From: Squalus acanthias
Taxonomy: Eukaryota
NCBI GenBank assembly: GCA_030390025.1
Contig: CM059432.1
Span: 71,674,001 to 71,738,000, forward strand
Direction: 5' to 3'
DNA length: 64,000 nucleotides
Under the pieces are notes generated by a model, which saw only the letters and a list, made by a program, of their open reading frames with translations, made no database searches and was not told the DNA's origin. Every line of letters begins with the position of its first letter. The first letter of the stretch is position 1. The position numbers and the translations under genes are program-made. This document shows positions 25,926 to 37,795 of this stretch, piece by piece.

Positions 25926-28003
25926 ATAAGAACATAAGAACATAAGAATTAGGAGCAGGAGTAGGCCATTTGGCCCCTCGAACCTGTTTCGCCATTCAAT
26001 AAGATCATGGCTGATCTTCTACCTCAACTCCACTTTCCTGCACTATCCCCATATCCCTTGATTCCCTTAATATTCAAAAATCTATCGATCTCTGTCTTGA
26101 ATATATTCAACGACTGAGCCTCCATAGCCCTCTGGGGTAGAGAATTCCAAAGATTCACCACCCTCTTGAGTGAAGAAATTTCTCCTCATCTCAGTCCTAA
26201 ATGGCCCCTTATTCTGAGACTGTGACCCCTGGTTCTAGACTTCCCAGCCAGGGGAAACATCCTCCCTGCATCGACCCTGTCAAGCCCTGTAAGAATTTTG
26301 TATGTTTCAATGAGATTCTTCTAAACTCTAGAGAATATAGGCCGAGTCTACTCAATCTCTCCTCATAGGACAATCCCTCCATCCTAGGAACCAGTCTGGT
26401 GAACCTTCGTTGCACTCTGTCTATGGCAAGTATACCCTTCCTTACGTAAGGAGACCAAAACTGTACACAATACTCCAAATCCAGGGGATTTATCGGCTTT
26501 CAGTCCCATTAATTTCTCCAGTACTACATTTTACTAATACTAATATCTTTCAGTTCCTCATTCTCGCTAGACCCTTGGTTGTCCACTATTTCCGGGAAGT
26601 TTTTTGTGTCTTCTTCCGTGAAGACAGACACAAAGTATTTGTTTAATTTCCCTGCCATTTCCTTATTCCCCAGTGTAATTTCTCCTGTCTCAGCCTGTAA
26701 GGGACCCACATTTACTTTCGCTAATCTTTCCCTTTTTACATACTTATAGAAGCTTTTACAGTCTGTTTTTATGTCTCTTGCTAGTTTACTCTCATTCTAT
26801 TTTCCCTGTCTTTATCAATTTCTTGGTCCTCCTTTGCTGAATTCTAAAATCCTCCCAATCCTCAGGCTTACTACTCTTTTTGGCAGCATTATAAGCCTCT
26901 TCCTGTAATCTAATACTATCTTTAACTTTTCTTGTTAGCCACGGTTGGACCACTTTTCCTGTGGGGTTTTTGAGCCTTAAAGGAACGTATATTTATTGTA
27001 AATTATGGATTAATTCTTTAAATGCTGGCCATTGCTCGTCCACTGTCATACCTTTTAATGTAGTTTCCCAATCGACCGTAGCCAACTCACCCCTCATACC
27101 TATGTAGTTTGCTTTGTTTAGATTTAAGGCCCTAGTTTCAGATTTAACTAAGTCACTTTCAAACTTAATATAAAATTCTATCATATTATGGTCACTCTTC
27201 CCTAAAGGCCACTTTACTACAAGGTTATTAATTAACCCTTTCTCATTGCATAATACTAGATCTAAAATAGCCTGTTCCCTAGTTGGTTCCTCAATATACT
27301 GATCTATAAAACTATCTTGCATACATTCCATGAATTCATCCTCCACACTATTACTGCAAATTTGGTTTGCCCAGTCTGTATGTAGATTAAAGTCCCCATG
27401 TTTACTGTATTACCCTTGTTACATGCACCTCTAATTTCCTGATTTATACTCTGCCCTACATTACAACTACTGTTTGGGGGCCTATAAACAACTCCCCCCA
27501 ATGTTTTCTGCCCCTTGCTATTCCTTAGCTCCACCCAAACTGATACTACTTCTTGAGCTAAGATCCTTTTTCTCTACTGTCTTTATCCCATCCTTTATTA
27601 TCAGGGCTACCCCTCCTCCTTTCCCATTTCACCTATCCCTTCTAAAAATTATGTATCCTGGAATATTTAGTTCCCAACCTTTGCAACCACGTCTCCATTA
27701 TGGCTATTAGATCAAACCTGTTAATTTCTATCTGTGCTATTAATTCATCTATTTTGTTGCAAATGCTTCGTGCATTCAGATATAGTGCCTTAAGCTTTGA
27801 CTTATTTCTATTTTTCCCTGCTGTCACCTTAGTCACTGATGCCTTATTACCTTTGTTACTCTCTCTGTCCCTTCTTGACCCACTCTGCTTATTTTTACCC
27901 AAAACTCTACTCTGCTCTAGAGCCTTAACACTTCTCTCGCTGCTTTTAAATTTACTTTTTCCTGAATCCTCCCACCACCACCCACCCCCCTTCATTAGTT
28001 TAA
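25926..28003 (-). mobile_element. CR1 LINE with most of RT deleted (junction ~26478)
   Basis: APE motifs (LYLNARS, ETWL, VYRPPN, SDH). DKSPG is joined directly to LEYCVQFW. (TCTTATGT)n tail at 25926-25950. Confidence 0.88.
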
Positions 28004-28370
28004 TGATGAAGCTGCAGAGAGCTGGAGGAAGACCAGGAAGGACACATGCCATGGTCAGTCATGTAGAACATCACTGACTTTCACCAGGATAATCAGATTA
28101 ACTTACAATAATCAGATACCAAAACCATGTAACTAGGAACCAATTAGATGCCCGAATCATGTTGTACTGTCATTTCTGATTAGTTACTTTTGTGATGAAT
28201 TGACCACATTTTACCAAAAAAATTTCAGCATCAAGAACTGCCATAACAGCTCTCACTTCCTCCCTCAGCTAAACAAGTACTCCCTGGCTCAAAATATCAG
28301 GTGAAAACTGCAACTTTATTCTGTCGAATAGTGGGAGAACGGATTATAATGCTTAATGTATATACATATA

Positions 28371-30560
28371 TTTTTTTATTCGTTTATGAGATCAGGGCGT
28401 CGCTGGCAATGCCAGCATTTATTGCCCATCCCTAGTTGCCCTTGAGAAGGTGGTGGTGAGCTGCCTTCTTGAACCGCTGCAGTCCGTGTGATGAAGGTAC
28501 TCCCACAGTGTTGTTAGGTAGGGAGCTCAAGGATTTTGACCCATCGACGATGAAGGATCGGCGATATACTTCTAAGTCAGGATGGTGTGTGACTTGGAGG
28601 GGAACTTGCAGGTGGTGGTGTTCCCATGCGCCTGCTGCCCTTGTCCTTCTAGGTGGAAGAGGTCGCAGGTTTGGGAGGTGCTGCCGAAGAAGCCTTGGCG
28701 AGTTGCTGCAATGCATCTTGTAGATGGTACACACTGCAGCCACAGTACGCCGGTGGTGGAGGGAGTGAATGTTTAAGGTGGTGGATGGGGTGCCAATCAA
28801 GCGGGCTGCTTTGTCCTGGAGGGTGACTAGTTCTTGAGTGTTGTTGGAGCTGTACTCATCCAAGCAAGTGGAGAGTATTCCATCACACTCCTTACTTGTG
28901 CCTTGTAGATGGTGGAAAGGCTTTGGGGAGTCAGGAGGTGAGACACTCGCCGCAGAATACCTAGCCTCTGACCTGCTCTTGTTGCCACAGTATTTATGTG
29001 GCTGGTCCAGTTAAGTTTCTGGTTAATGGTGACCCCCAGGATGTTGATAGTGGGGGATTCAGCGATGGTAATGCCATTGAATGTCAAGGGGAGGTGGTTA
29101 GACTCTTGCTTGTTGGAGATAGTCATTGCCTGGCACTTCTGTGGCGTGAATGTTACCTGCCACTTATCAGCCCAAGTCTGAACGTCGTCCAGGTCTTGTT
29201 GCATGCGGGCATGGACTGCTTCATTATCTGTGGAGCTGCGAATGGCGCTGAACACTGTGCAATCATCAGCGAACATCCCATTTCTGACCTTATGTTGAAG
29301 GGAAGGTCATTGATGAAGCAGCTGAAGATGGTTGGGCCGAGAACACTGCCCTGAGGAACTCCTGCAGCGATGTCCTGGGGCTGTGATGATTGACCTTCAA
29401 ACACCACAACCATCTTCCTTTGTACTAGGTATGACTCCAGCCAGTGGAGCGTTTTCCCCCTGATTCCCATTGACTTCAGTTTTACTAGGGCTCCTTGATG
29501 CCAGACTCGGTCAAATGCTGCCTTGATGTCAAGGGCAGTCACTCTCACCTCACCTCTGGAATTCAGCTCCTTTGTCCATGTTTGGACCAAGGCTGTAATG
29601 AGGTCGGGAGCCAAGTGGTCTTGGCGGAATCCAAAGTGGGCATCAGTGAGCAGGTTATTGGTGAGTAATTGCCGCTTGATAGCACTGTCGATGACACCTT
29701 CCATCACTTTGCTGATGATTGAGAGTAGACTGATGGGGCGGTAATTGGCTGGGTTGGATTTGTCCTGCTTTTTGTGGACAGGACATACCTGGGCAGTTTT
29801 CCACATTGTCGGATAGATGCCAGTGTTGTAGCTGTACTGGAGCAGCTTGGCTAGAGTTGCGGCTAGTTCTGGAGCACAAGCCTTCAGCACGATAGCCGGG
29901 ATGTTTTCAGGGCCCATAGCTTTTGCTGTATCCAGTGCGCTCAGCCGTTTCTTGATATCACGTGGAGTAAATCGAATTAGCTGAAGAATAGCTTCTGTGA
30001 TGGTGGGGACCTCGGGAGTAGGCCGATATGGATCATCCACTCGGCACTTCTAGCTGAAGTTGGTTGCAAACGCTTCAGCCCTGTCTTTTGCACTCACGTG
30101 CTGGGCTCCACCATCATTGAGGATGGGGATATTCTTGGAGCCTCCTCCTCCCATTAGTTGTTTAATGGTCCACCACCATTCATGATTGGATGTGGCAGGA
30201 CTGCAGAGCTTTGATCTGATCCGTTGATTGTGGGATCGCTTAGCCCTGTCTATAGCATGCTGCTTCCGCTTTTTAGCATGCATGTAGTCCTGTGTTGCAG
30301 CTTCCCCAGGTTGGCACCTCATTTTTAGGTACGCCTGGTGCTGCTTATGGCATGCTCTTCTACACTCGTTGTTGAACCAGGGTTGGTCCCCTGGCTTGGT
30401 GGTAATGGTAGAGTGAGGGATATGCCGGGCCATGAGGTTACAGATTGTGGTGGAATACAATTCTGCTGCTGCTGATGGCCCACAGCACCTCATGGATGCC
30501 CAGTTTTGAGCTGTTAGATCTGTTCTGAATCTATCCCATTTAGCACGGTGGTTGTGCCAC
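28371..30560 (-). mobile_element. 5'-truncated family Z LINE
   Basis: RT ORFs 29153-30040 and 28827-29276, highly similar to the 16514 copy. A-tail at 28371-28377. Confidence 0.9.
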
Positions 30561-30565
30561 TCCAT

Positions 30566-31452
30566 GGGGGAGAAATTCAGTATCGACCCATTTGGGGCGC
30601 AATTATCGGCCGGGCGCAAAGATAAGCGCCTGCCGTTAATTATCGCCTCCGACTGCAAACTTGACTTTTATCGACCCTGGAGGTGATTGGAGTGCTAAAT
30701 CAGGCGCTTCACACCTGTCTTAAGGCGCAAAGGCCAAGGAGCGAGGCGTTACCTCAGAGCCTTGGTGAAGCTCATGTGATGTCAGTCAGCAATGGAACAG
30801 ACACACAATGGCGCCGACCAGTTCTTAAAGGGGAGGGTTGGTCTTGATTTCCATCCACATCCTGTTCATTGCAGCCTTGAATCTCAGCCTGGAGAGACCT
30901 GTACATCAAATCTGCTGGAAAGAACAATGGCAAGGCCCAGGGAAAGATCTCAGAGTGCAGCCCCAACAGTCTCTTCTAAATCGATACAAGGAAGGGAAAA
31001 TCAAAATGAACCTGCAAAGTGCTGCTCAGTACCCAAAACTCCTTCACACAGCGTTGAATCTCTCCAGGTGTCTCTCTCTCTCAGAATGCGTGGTTCAAAA
31101 ATGACACCAACAATAAAAGGCAGGAAGTGGTCGCCTTTAAATAGCGCTCCCCCAGTCCCTTCCTGACTGCAAAACACTCCCCTCAACCTGTCGTTGCTAG
31201 CAGCAGGCGGTAAGGCAGAGGGTGCCACTCAATATCCGCTCCGGGGCGCTACCGGGGCGTTGCGCACTCGACTGACGTCACGATCTGCCGGCGCAGGAGA
31301 TCGTGGCGGTAGTGTTTAGCACCACCGCAAAATGTCTAGTTAATTTCGCGAGCGGCGCAAACATCGCCGCGCCCGGGTGCTAGTTGCTTTGCGCCCCATT
31401 AGCGCCCTCTTAAGGCGCTAACGGGAGGCGCAACCAACTGAATTTCCCCCCC
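30566..31452. mobile_element. 887-bp Harbinger-type MITE (family M1, copy 2), no matching TSD
   Basis: Colinear end to end with 10647-11539 and has the same TIRs. The flanks CAT and AAG differ. Confidence 0.9.
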
Positions 31453-32280
31453 AAGTTCTTCTCCAGCCGCAAGGAGATATCTTTAACCCTGGCACCGGGC
31501 AGGCAACACAACTTTCAGAACTCTCGGTCGCGGCTGCAGAGAACAGTATCTATCCCCCTGACTATACAATCCCCTACCACAACTACATTCCCTTTCACTC
31601 CCCCCACTTGAATGGCCTCCTGCACCATGGTGCCATGGTCAGCTTGCTCATCCATCCTACAGGCTTTTCCCTCAACCACACAGGCAGCAAGAACCTCATA
31701 CCTGTTGGACAAGGGCAAAGGCTGAGACTCCTCCAGCACTGCACCTGGGGTCCCCTTACCTGCCTGAGTTGCAGTCACACCGTCCTGTCCCTGACCACTA
31801 ACCAGACCTGTACCACTACCTAACCTAAGGGGTGTGACTGCCTCCTGGATCAAAGTGTCCAGGTAACTCTCCCCATCCCTGATGCCCCGCAATGTCTGCA
31901 CCTCAGACTCCAGCTCAAAAACTCTGAGCTGAAGTTCCTCAAGACGCAGGCACTTACTGCAAACATGGTTATCCGGGATCACAATGCTCTCCACAAACTC
32001 CCACATGCTGCAGTTGCGGCACACCACCTGCACTGCCATCCCTATATGACCTTGATTTATTTAATTACATTTGTGATTAAGTAACTTAGTTTACAGTGTA
32101 GTTTCCTGACTACTTACTTGATCTAGATTAAGTTAAGGGTACTGAAATTAAATATCTACTTGTAACACAAAGCACTACAAGTAGTGTAGTCAAAAATCAA
32201 CAACTCCTTCCCACTCTTTTCCGAATTCCCACTCTTTCCAAATTCCCAACCAAAGCACTCTTCTCAAGTCCACTCAGTTT
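31453..32280 (-). mobile_element. CR1 5' UTR and ORF1 N-terminal half
   Basis: ORF 31515-32039: CRNC..CSKC, coiled coil, LSNRYEVL, VVVGD, then CCLPGARVKD up to the MITE. Confidence 0.82.
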
Positions 32281-32702
32281 ATATTACAGAACCTACCCAG
32301 ACCATTACAGGCACTTGAAGCATGCCGTCAGAATTGCGATGTTGTGGTCTATGATACTCTAGTAGCAGAATAGATCTGCTTATGTGGTGCTCATCTGGTG
32401 TCCTGGGAAAGCAAGCATTTACTTGCATGATGCAATGATACTGATCATAAACAAGCTGGATATTGAGCAAGTGGAATCTTTTCCTGTTCAAGTAGATGAT
32501 AGAACTGATTAAAGGACCACGTATGGTCTCATGGGCCAATTCTAGGACACCTTGCTCTGTGGAGAATTCTGCCACTCAGGAAAATTGCAGTGGCTTGACA
32601 TGCTGTCACTGGCTATCCATAGGAAGGTGATGAACAGATTTGCTGATTGACTAAGGCTACTGATGTCTCCAGAGGCAGCCTCAAATTACCTTGTAACATA
32701 AT

Positions 32703-33463
32703 GGGGCAGAAATTAGGCTCGCCACGGGTGAGTATGCACTATGTACTCACCCGTGGACGGAACGAAAGTGTCGGTTTCTTGCATGCACTGCGCATGCGCG
32801 GGAAACCGGCACTTACGTTCCCCTGAAGGTTCAGAGGTCAAACGCGCACGCCGGAGGGCCAGCGTGTTCGCCTCGCACTTCAGGTTTTTTTTACAGGTTC
32901 CTCCGTGAGGGTAAGCACGGAGAAGATACACATTGAAAAAGGAGGCGCAAGGCCTTCTTTTAACAAGGTAAGTGTTGATTTTATTAAAAGTTAAACATTT
33001 TTTTCACAGATTTATCTTTTTTAATTACTGTAAAGAAAGGTAAGTTTAGTTTTAACCCCGTTAAAAAGTGTAATTAATTTTTTCAAAAATTTAAATTTTT
33101 GTTTGAAATAGTTAATTAATGTAATTTATAGTTATTTTAAAAATGTGATGTTTTTAAAAAAAATTATTTGTAGTTTTAGGGATGTTTTGGGGCCGATCTG
33201 TATTCATAGATTTGACAGGAAGACCTGTGAAATCTATGAATGAAAGATGGTCTGCTGCCATTGGCTCTCCATGGCCCACGTGATCCCAGGGGACGCATCG
33301 CACTAACTGCGCCCCTGGGATACGCAAGCACTGCACGCCGGCAGTTGGAGGAGGCCCAGGACCCGAATTCCCCGCGGGCCCAGAGGTCAACGGCTGGCGC
33401 GGTAGGTAGGTGCGTGCGCGATCCTTGCACCCGCGGGAAGCCAGGGAGCTGAATTTCTGGCCC
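32703..33463. mobile_element. 761-bp hairpin-rich MITE (family M2, copy a)
   Basis: TIR GGGGCAGAAATTAGGCTC / GAGCTGAATTTCTGGCCC. TSD AAT at 32700-32702 and 33464-33466. Confidence 0.88.
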
Positions 33464-33579
33464 AATAGTTCAGCCAATGGAGCTCAGGTGTTAGCTTGTG
33501 GTATTATTCATTGATGGTTTCCCTTGTGAAGGCAGTCTCAGCAAACAGTGCTCCTGTGTCAGCTTTAGGTAGGAACAAT

Positions 33580-36560
33580 TTGAGGGGCTAATCTTGTCAA
33601 CCTCCTTCTGGTCCCTCCCAGCTCTGACCCTTTGGACCCTGCCAGTGGATCGGCTAACATCGCCCCTCTGCATTTCCCTTCAAAATGTACGTTCACTTAT
33701 GAATAAGGGCCTTGCCATCCATGAGCTTATTGTGGACGATCATATTGACAACATGGCCTTGATGGAGACATGGTTGAGGGGTGATGACACCTTTCCCCTT
33801 AATGAAGCTTCCCTGCCTGGCTATACTTTCCAGCATTTGCCCTGCTCAAACCACCGCGGTGGTGGTGTAGCCCTTATCTCTAAATCACTACTTTTGTTCT
33901 GTCTGCCTATTCCTCTGGCAACTTCTCCTCCTTTGAGCATCTCACCTTGTTCCACCCCTCATGTCTCTCTTTTAAAATCCTTGTTCTGTATCGCCCACCC
34001 AAGTATCACACCAAGTTTCTCACTGAAATATCTTCTCTGCTTTCCTCCCTCTGTCTCTGCACTGAGTGACTTCGCATCCTTGGTGATTTCAACCTCCACC
34101 TCAACTCTTCTTGCTCTCTCTCCTCTGAGTTTACTACCCTTCTTTCCTCCCTTAATCTCTCCCTCCCATATAAACGCTCCTACCCATATACACGGCCACC
34201 CTCTCGATCTTGTCAGCTCACGTGGCCTCGCCACTCCCACCATAACTATCACTGATAAGGCAATCTCTGATCATTTCCTTATATCCCTCTCTACCCAAAT
34301 TCCCCTTCCCCTCCCAATCCCATTTCTTGCTGTGTCCGCCCCTGGAAAAAAAGCTCTCCCTTAAGTCCCTTACCACTGCACTTTCAAATTCCCAACTAGC
34401 TAGCCTTTGGCCTACAATTATTCATGACATTTCTGCAGCTACTGATCTGCTAAATCACACCCTCTCCACCACCTTTGATGGTCTTGTCCCCATTAAAACC
34501 ATTACATTCTCTCACTCTAGTCATTTTCCCTGTATATCCTTCAACTCCGCTGCCTTAAGTCCAAGGGACGCAGATTTGAACGTCTTTGGTGGACAACTGG
34601 TTTAACCATCCATCACTAGATATGGCTGGATCACAAAGTATTATTGGGTCCTGCTCTCCATCGCTAAAATTGCCCACTATTCTAAGATCATCCAGATTAT
34701 CCAAGATGTCCTTGCAAACTATCACCCCATCTCAAACCTCCCTTTTCTCTCCAAAGTCCTTGAACGTGTTGTCGCCTCCCAAATCTGTGCCCATCTTTCC
34801 CGGAACACCATGTTTGAATCCCTCCAATCTTGTTTCTGCCCCTGCCACAGTATTCAAACAGCTCTTACCAAAGTCAAAAATGACATCCTAGTTGACTGTG
34901 ACAAAGGTAAACTATCCCTCCTCGACCTGTCTGCAGCCTTTGACAAAGTTGACTACACAATTCTGCTTCAACACCCCTCCACAGTCGTCCAGCTGGATGG
35001 GACTGCACTCGCCTGGTTTCATTCTTATCTTTCCAGTCATGGCCAAAGAATCACATACAATGGCTTCTCTTCCCTCCTGCACCGTTACGTCTAGTGTCCC
35101 CCAAGAATCTATCCTTGGCCCCCTCCTATTTCTCATCTACATGTTGCCGCTCGGCGACATCATCCGACGACACAGCATCATTTTCCACATGTACGCTGAT
35201 GATACACAGCTCTACCTCATCTCCACCTCTCTCGACCCTTCCACCGTCTCTAAACTGTCAGACTGCTTGTCCAACATCTAGTATTGAATGAGCAGAAATT
35301 TCCTCCAATTAAATATCAGGAAAACCGGAGCCATTGTCTTCAGTCCACGCCACAAACTCCATTCCCTTTCCACCGACTCCATCCCTTTCCCTGGCAACTG
35401 TCTGAGGCTGAACCAGTCTGTTTGCAACCTTGGTGTTATATTTGACCCCGAGGTGAGCTTCCTACCTCATATCAACGTCATCACTAAGACCGCCTATTTC
35501 CACCTTCATAACATCGCCCGCCTCCGCCCTTGCCTCAGCTCATCTGCTGCTGAAACCCTCATCCATGCCTTTGTTACATCTAGACTTTACTATACCAACG
35601 CACTCCTGGCTGGCCTCCCTCGTTCTATACTCCATAGACTTGAGGTCATCCAAAACTCTGCTGCCCATGTCCTAACTCCCACCAAGTCCCGCTCACCCAT
35701 CTCCTGTGCTCGCTGACCTTCATTAGCTTCCAATTAAGCAATGTCTCGATTTTAAAATTTTCATCTTTGTTTTCAAATCCCTCCATGGCATTGTCCCTCC
35801 CTATCTCTTGTAAGAAATCGTGAATTGGAGGAAATAACTTGGGACAAAAAAGTCTCTTCAGTCTGGTGTTAGAATAACTGGATAGACGCTTAGAATTTGC
35901 TTATGTTCTTGGTTCCCTGTGAATGTTATAACATTCTGCACCGTGGCGGTGCCCTTGTTTCCAGACAAGCTGTCTGCTGTTTGTGTGCTAGAAAGGTTGT
36001 TGACTGTATCTTTGATAATCTACTCTAGCACAGACGGTGAAGGGAAGGGAAGAGCTGTTTGTGCACGCCCAGCCATCTGTCCAATCCGGACTGATACCAG
36101 CTGCTTGTCCCGGTCGTATGTCTAATATATCTATCTTGATTGCGTGTCGTACTTAACTTAAACTACCGCTCTTTAATAAAATGCCTTACAACTCCTAAGA
36201 CCCTTTGGGTAATCTGTGTGTGACCTGTGATCAAAATCTTACACTCTAATCTCCAGCTCTACAATCCCCCTAGATTTCTATGCTCTGCCAATTCTGGCCT
36301 CTTGAGCATTCCCAATTTTAATCGCTCCACCATTGGCGGCCATACCTTCTGCTGCCTAGGTTCTTAGATCTGGAATTCCCTCCCTAAACCCCCTTTGCCT
36401 CTCTACCTCTCTTTCCTCCTTTTAGACGCTCCTTAAAACCCATCTGCCCCAATATCTCCATATATGGCTCGGTGTTAAATTTTGTTTGATAATACTCCTG
36501 TGAAATGCCTTGGGATGTTTTACTACATTAAAGTACTATATAAATGCAAGTTGTTGTTAG
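33580..36560 (+). mobile_element. L2 LINE (APE to 3' tail, with internal deletions), interrupted by a solo LTR
   Basis: [35 protein letters not shown] and MYADDTQLY motifs. Tail ATAAATGCAAGTTGTTGTT at ~36540-36558. Confidence 0.88.
35809..36243 (+). mobile_element. 435-bp solo LTR
   Basis: Termini TGTAAGA...TCTTACA. 4-bp TSD CTCT at 35805-35808 and 36244-36247. AATAAA at 36175. Confidence 0.85.
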
Positions 36561-37795
36561 GTAGGACCACATTGGTCTCTATATTTTGGACTGGGGGAAC
36601 AGTCAGATGAGTAATTGTGATGCTTGAACTGCCTGTCCTCCCTCTACTCCTCAAAAAAAAGGTATAGAGTTATTCCCAATGGAAAACCCACTGAATTTGT
36701 TTGGGGAAGGGATGAAAAAATTAAGCCCCACACCAGAAGACACAAAGTTACATTTTGAAGTCAATGGCAAAAAAAACTGGGGCAATAAATCAACTTTTTA
36801 AAAAGTAAGGATTTTACAAGACTATTTGCAGTACCTACTGTGGCTCTTTAAATTTACTTCTACCTTTTAATTCATCTCCAGCAATGCTGGATGGCTATTA
36901 TGTAGGGACATAGAAACATATCCGGGAAATTCGATAAGGCCCAAAAACAGGCGGGGGCAACGCGGGTCAAGATTTGCTCGTGCCCGATTAGAAAGCGCAG
37001 GCAGCTTGTTAATTTGGTGCTGCCTGCTAATTTAAATGATTTTAGCACACAGCCCAGTGACTATTGTGCTCCTGACAGGCTGTGCGCTCAGCAGGAGATG
37101 CAAGGTCGTGTCACTGGAGTGATGCTGCATTTCCTAAAGCAAGGCTATTAGTTTTGAAGGCAGTCTCTAGCCCTTAAAGGTGAACTGCCCTCTGAAAAAA
37201 AATTTAAACCATTCAAAACTAGGCGGTCTGCAGCTTTAAAGCTGAATTGTCTTCTGCACAAAAAATGGTAAAAGTGCTTCAACACTAACACAGATGGTTC
37301 AACGATCCAGGGAAAGGGCACCCAGGGTCTCGCACGCAGCACTCCAGCTTTGTGCATGGGATCAACACTGGAAGAGAGGCCCTCCAGAAAGAAGGATATG
37401 GGACCACAATGTCAAGGCCACCGTTGGCAGCAATGTCACCCCCAGGACCTGGCTCTAATGCCCAAAGAAGTTTCATGACCTTAGACCAGTGGTCAAGGTC
37501 AGTGAATGCATCTTCAAAAGTCATCTCCTACCAACTGCACCACGAGCCTCACGCATTGCACAATGCATGACCCCCCGCCCCCCCATCACTCATCTACCAA
37601 CAATGTCTACCAAACATGTGGCACACCTCACATTCCTAGCTTCATCTCACCCCCTTAGCGGAGACGGTGCTGGCCATTCTTGGAAGGGGCATGGCTGAGC
37701 CTTGGGCCAGCGACTGAAAGAATACAAGATGCTGGTATCCTCATACGTTATCCCCCTTCTCACATCTCACAATCTCTTCTGATGTACAAGCTACA

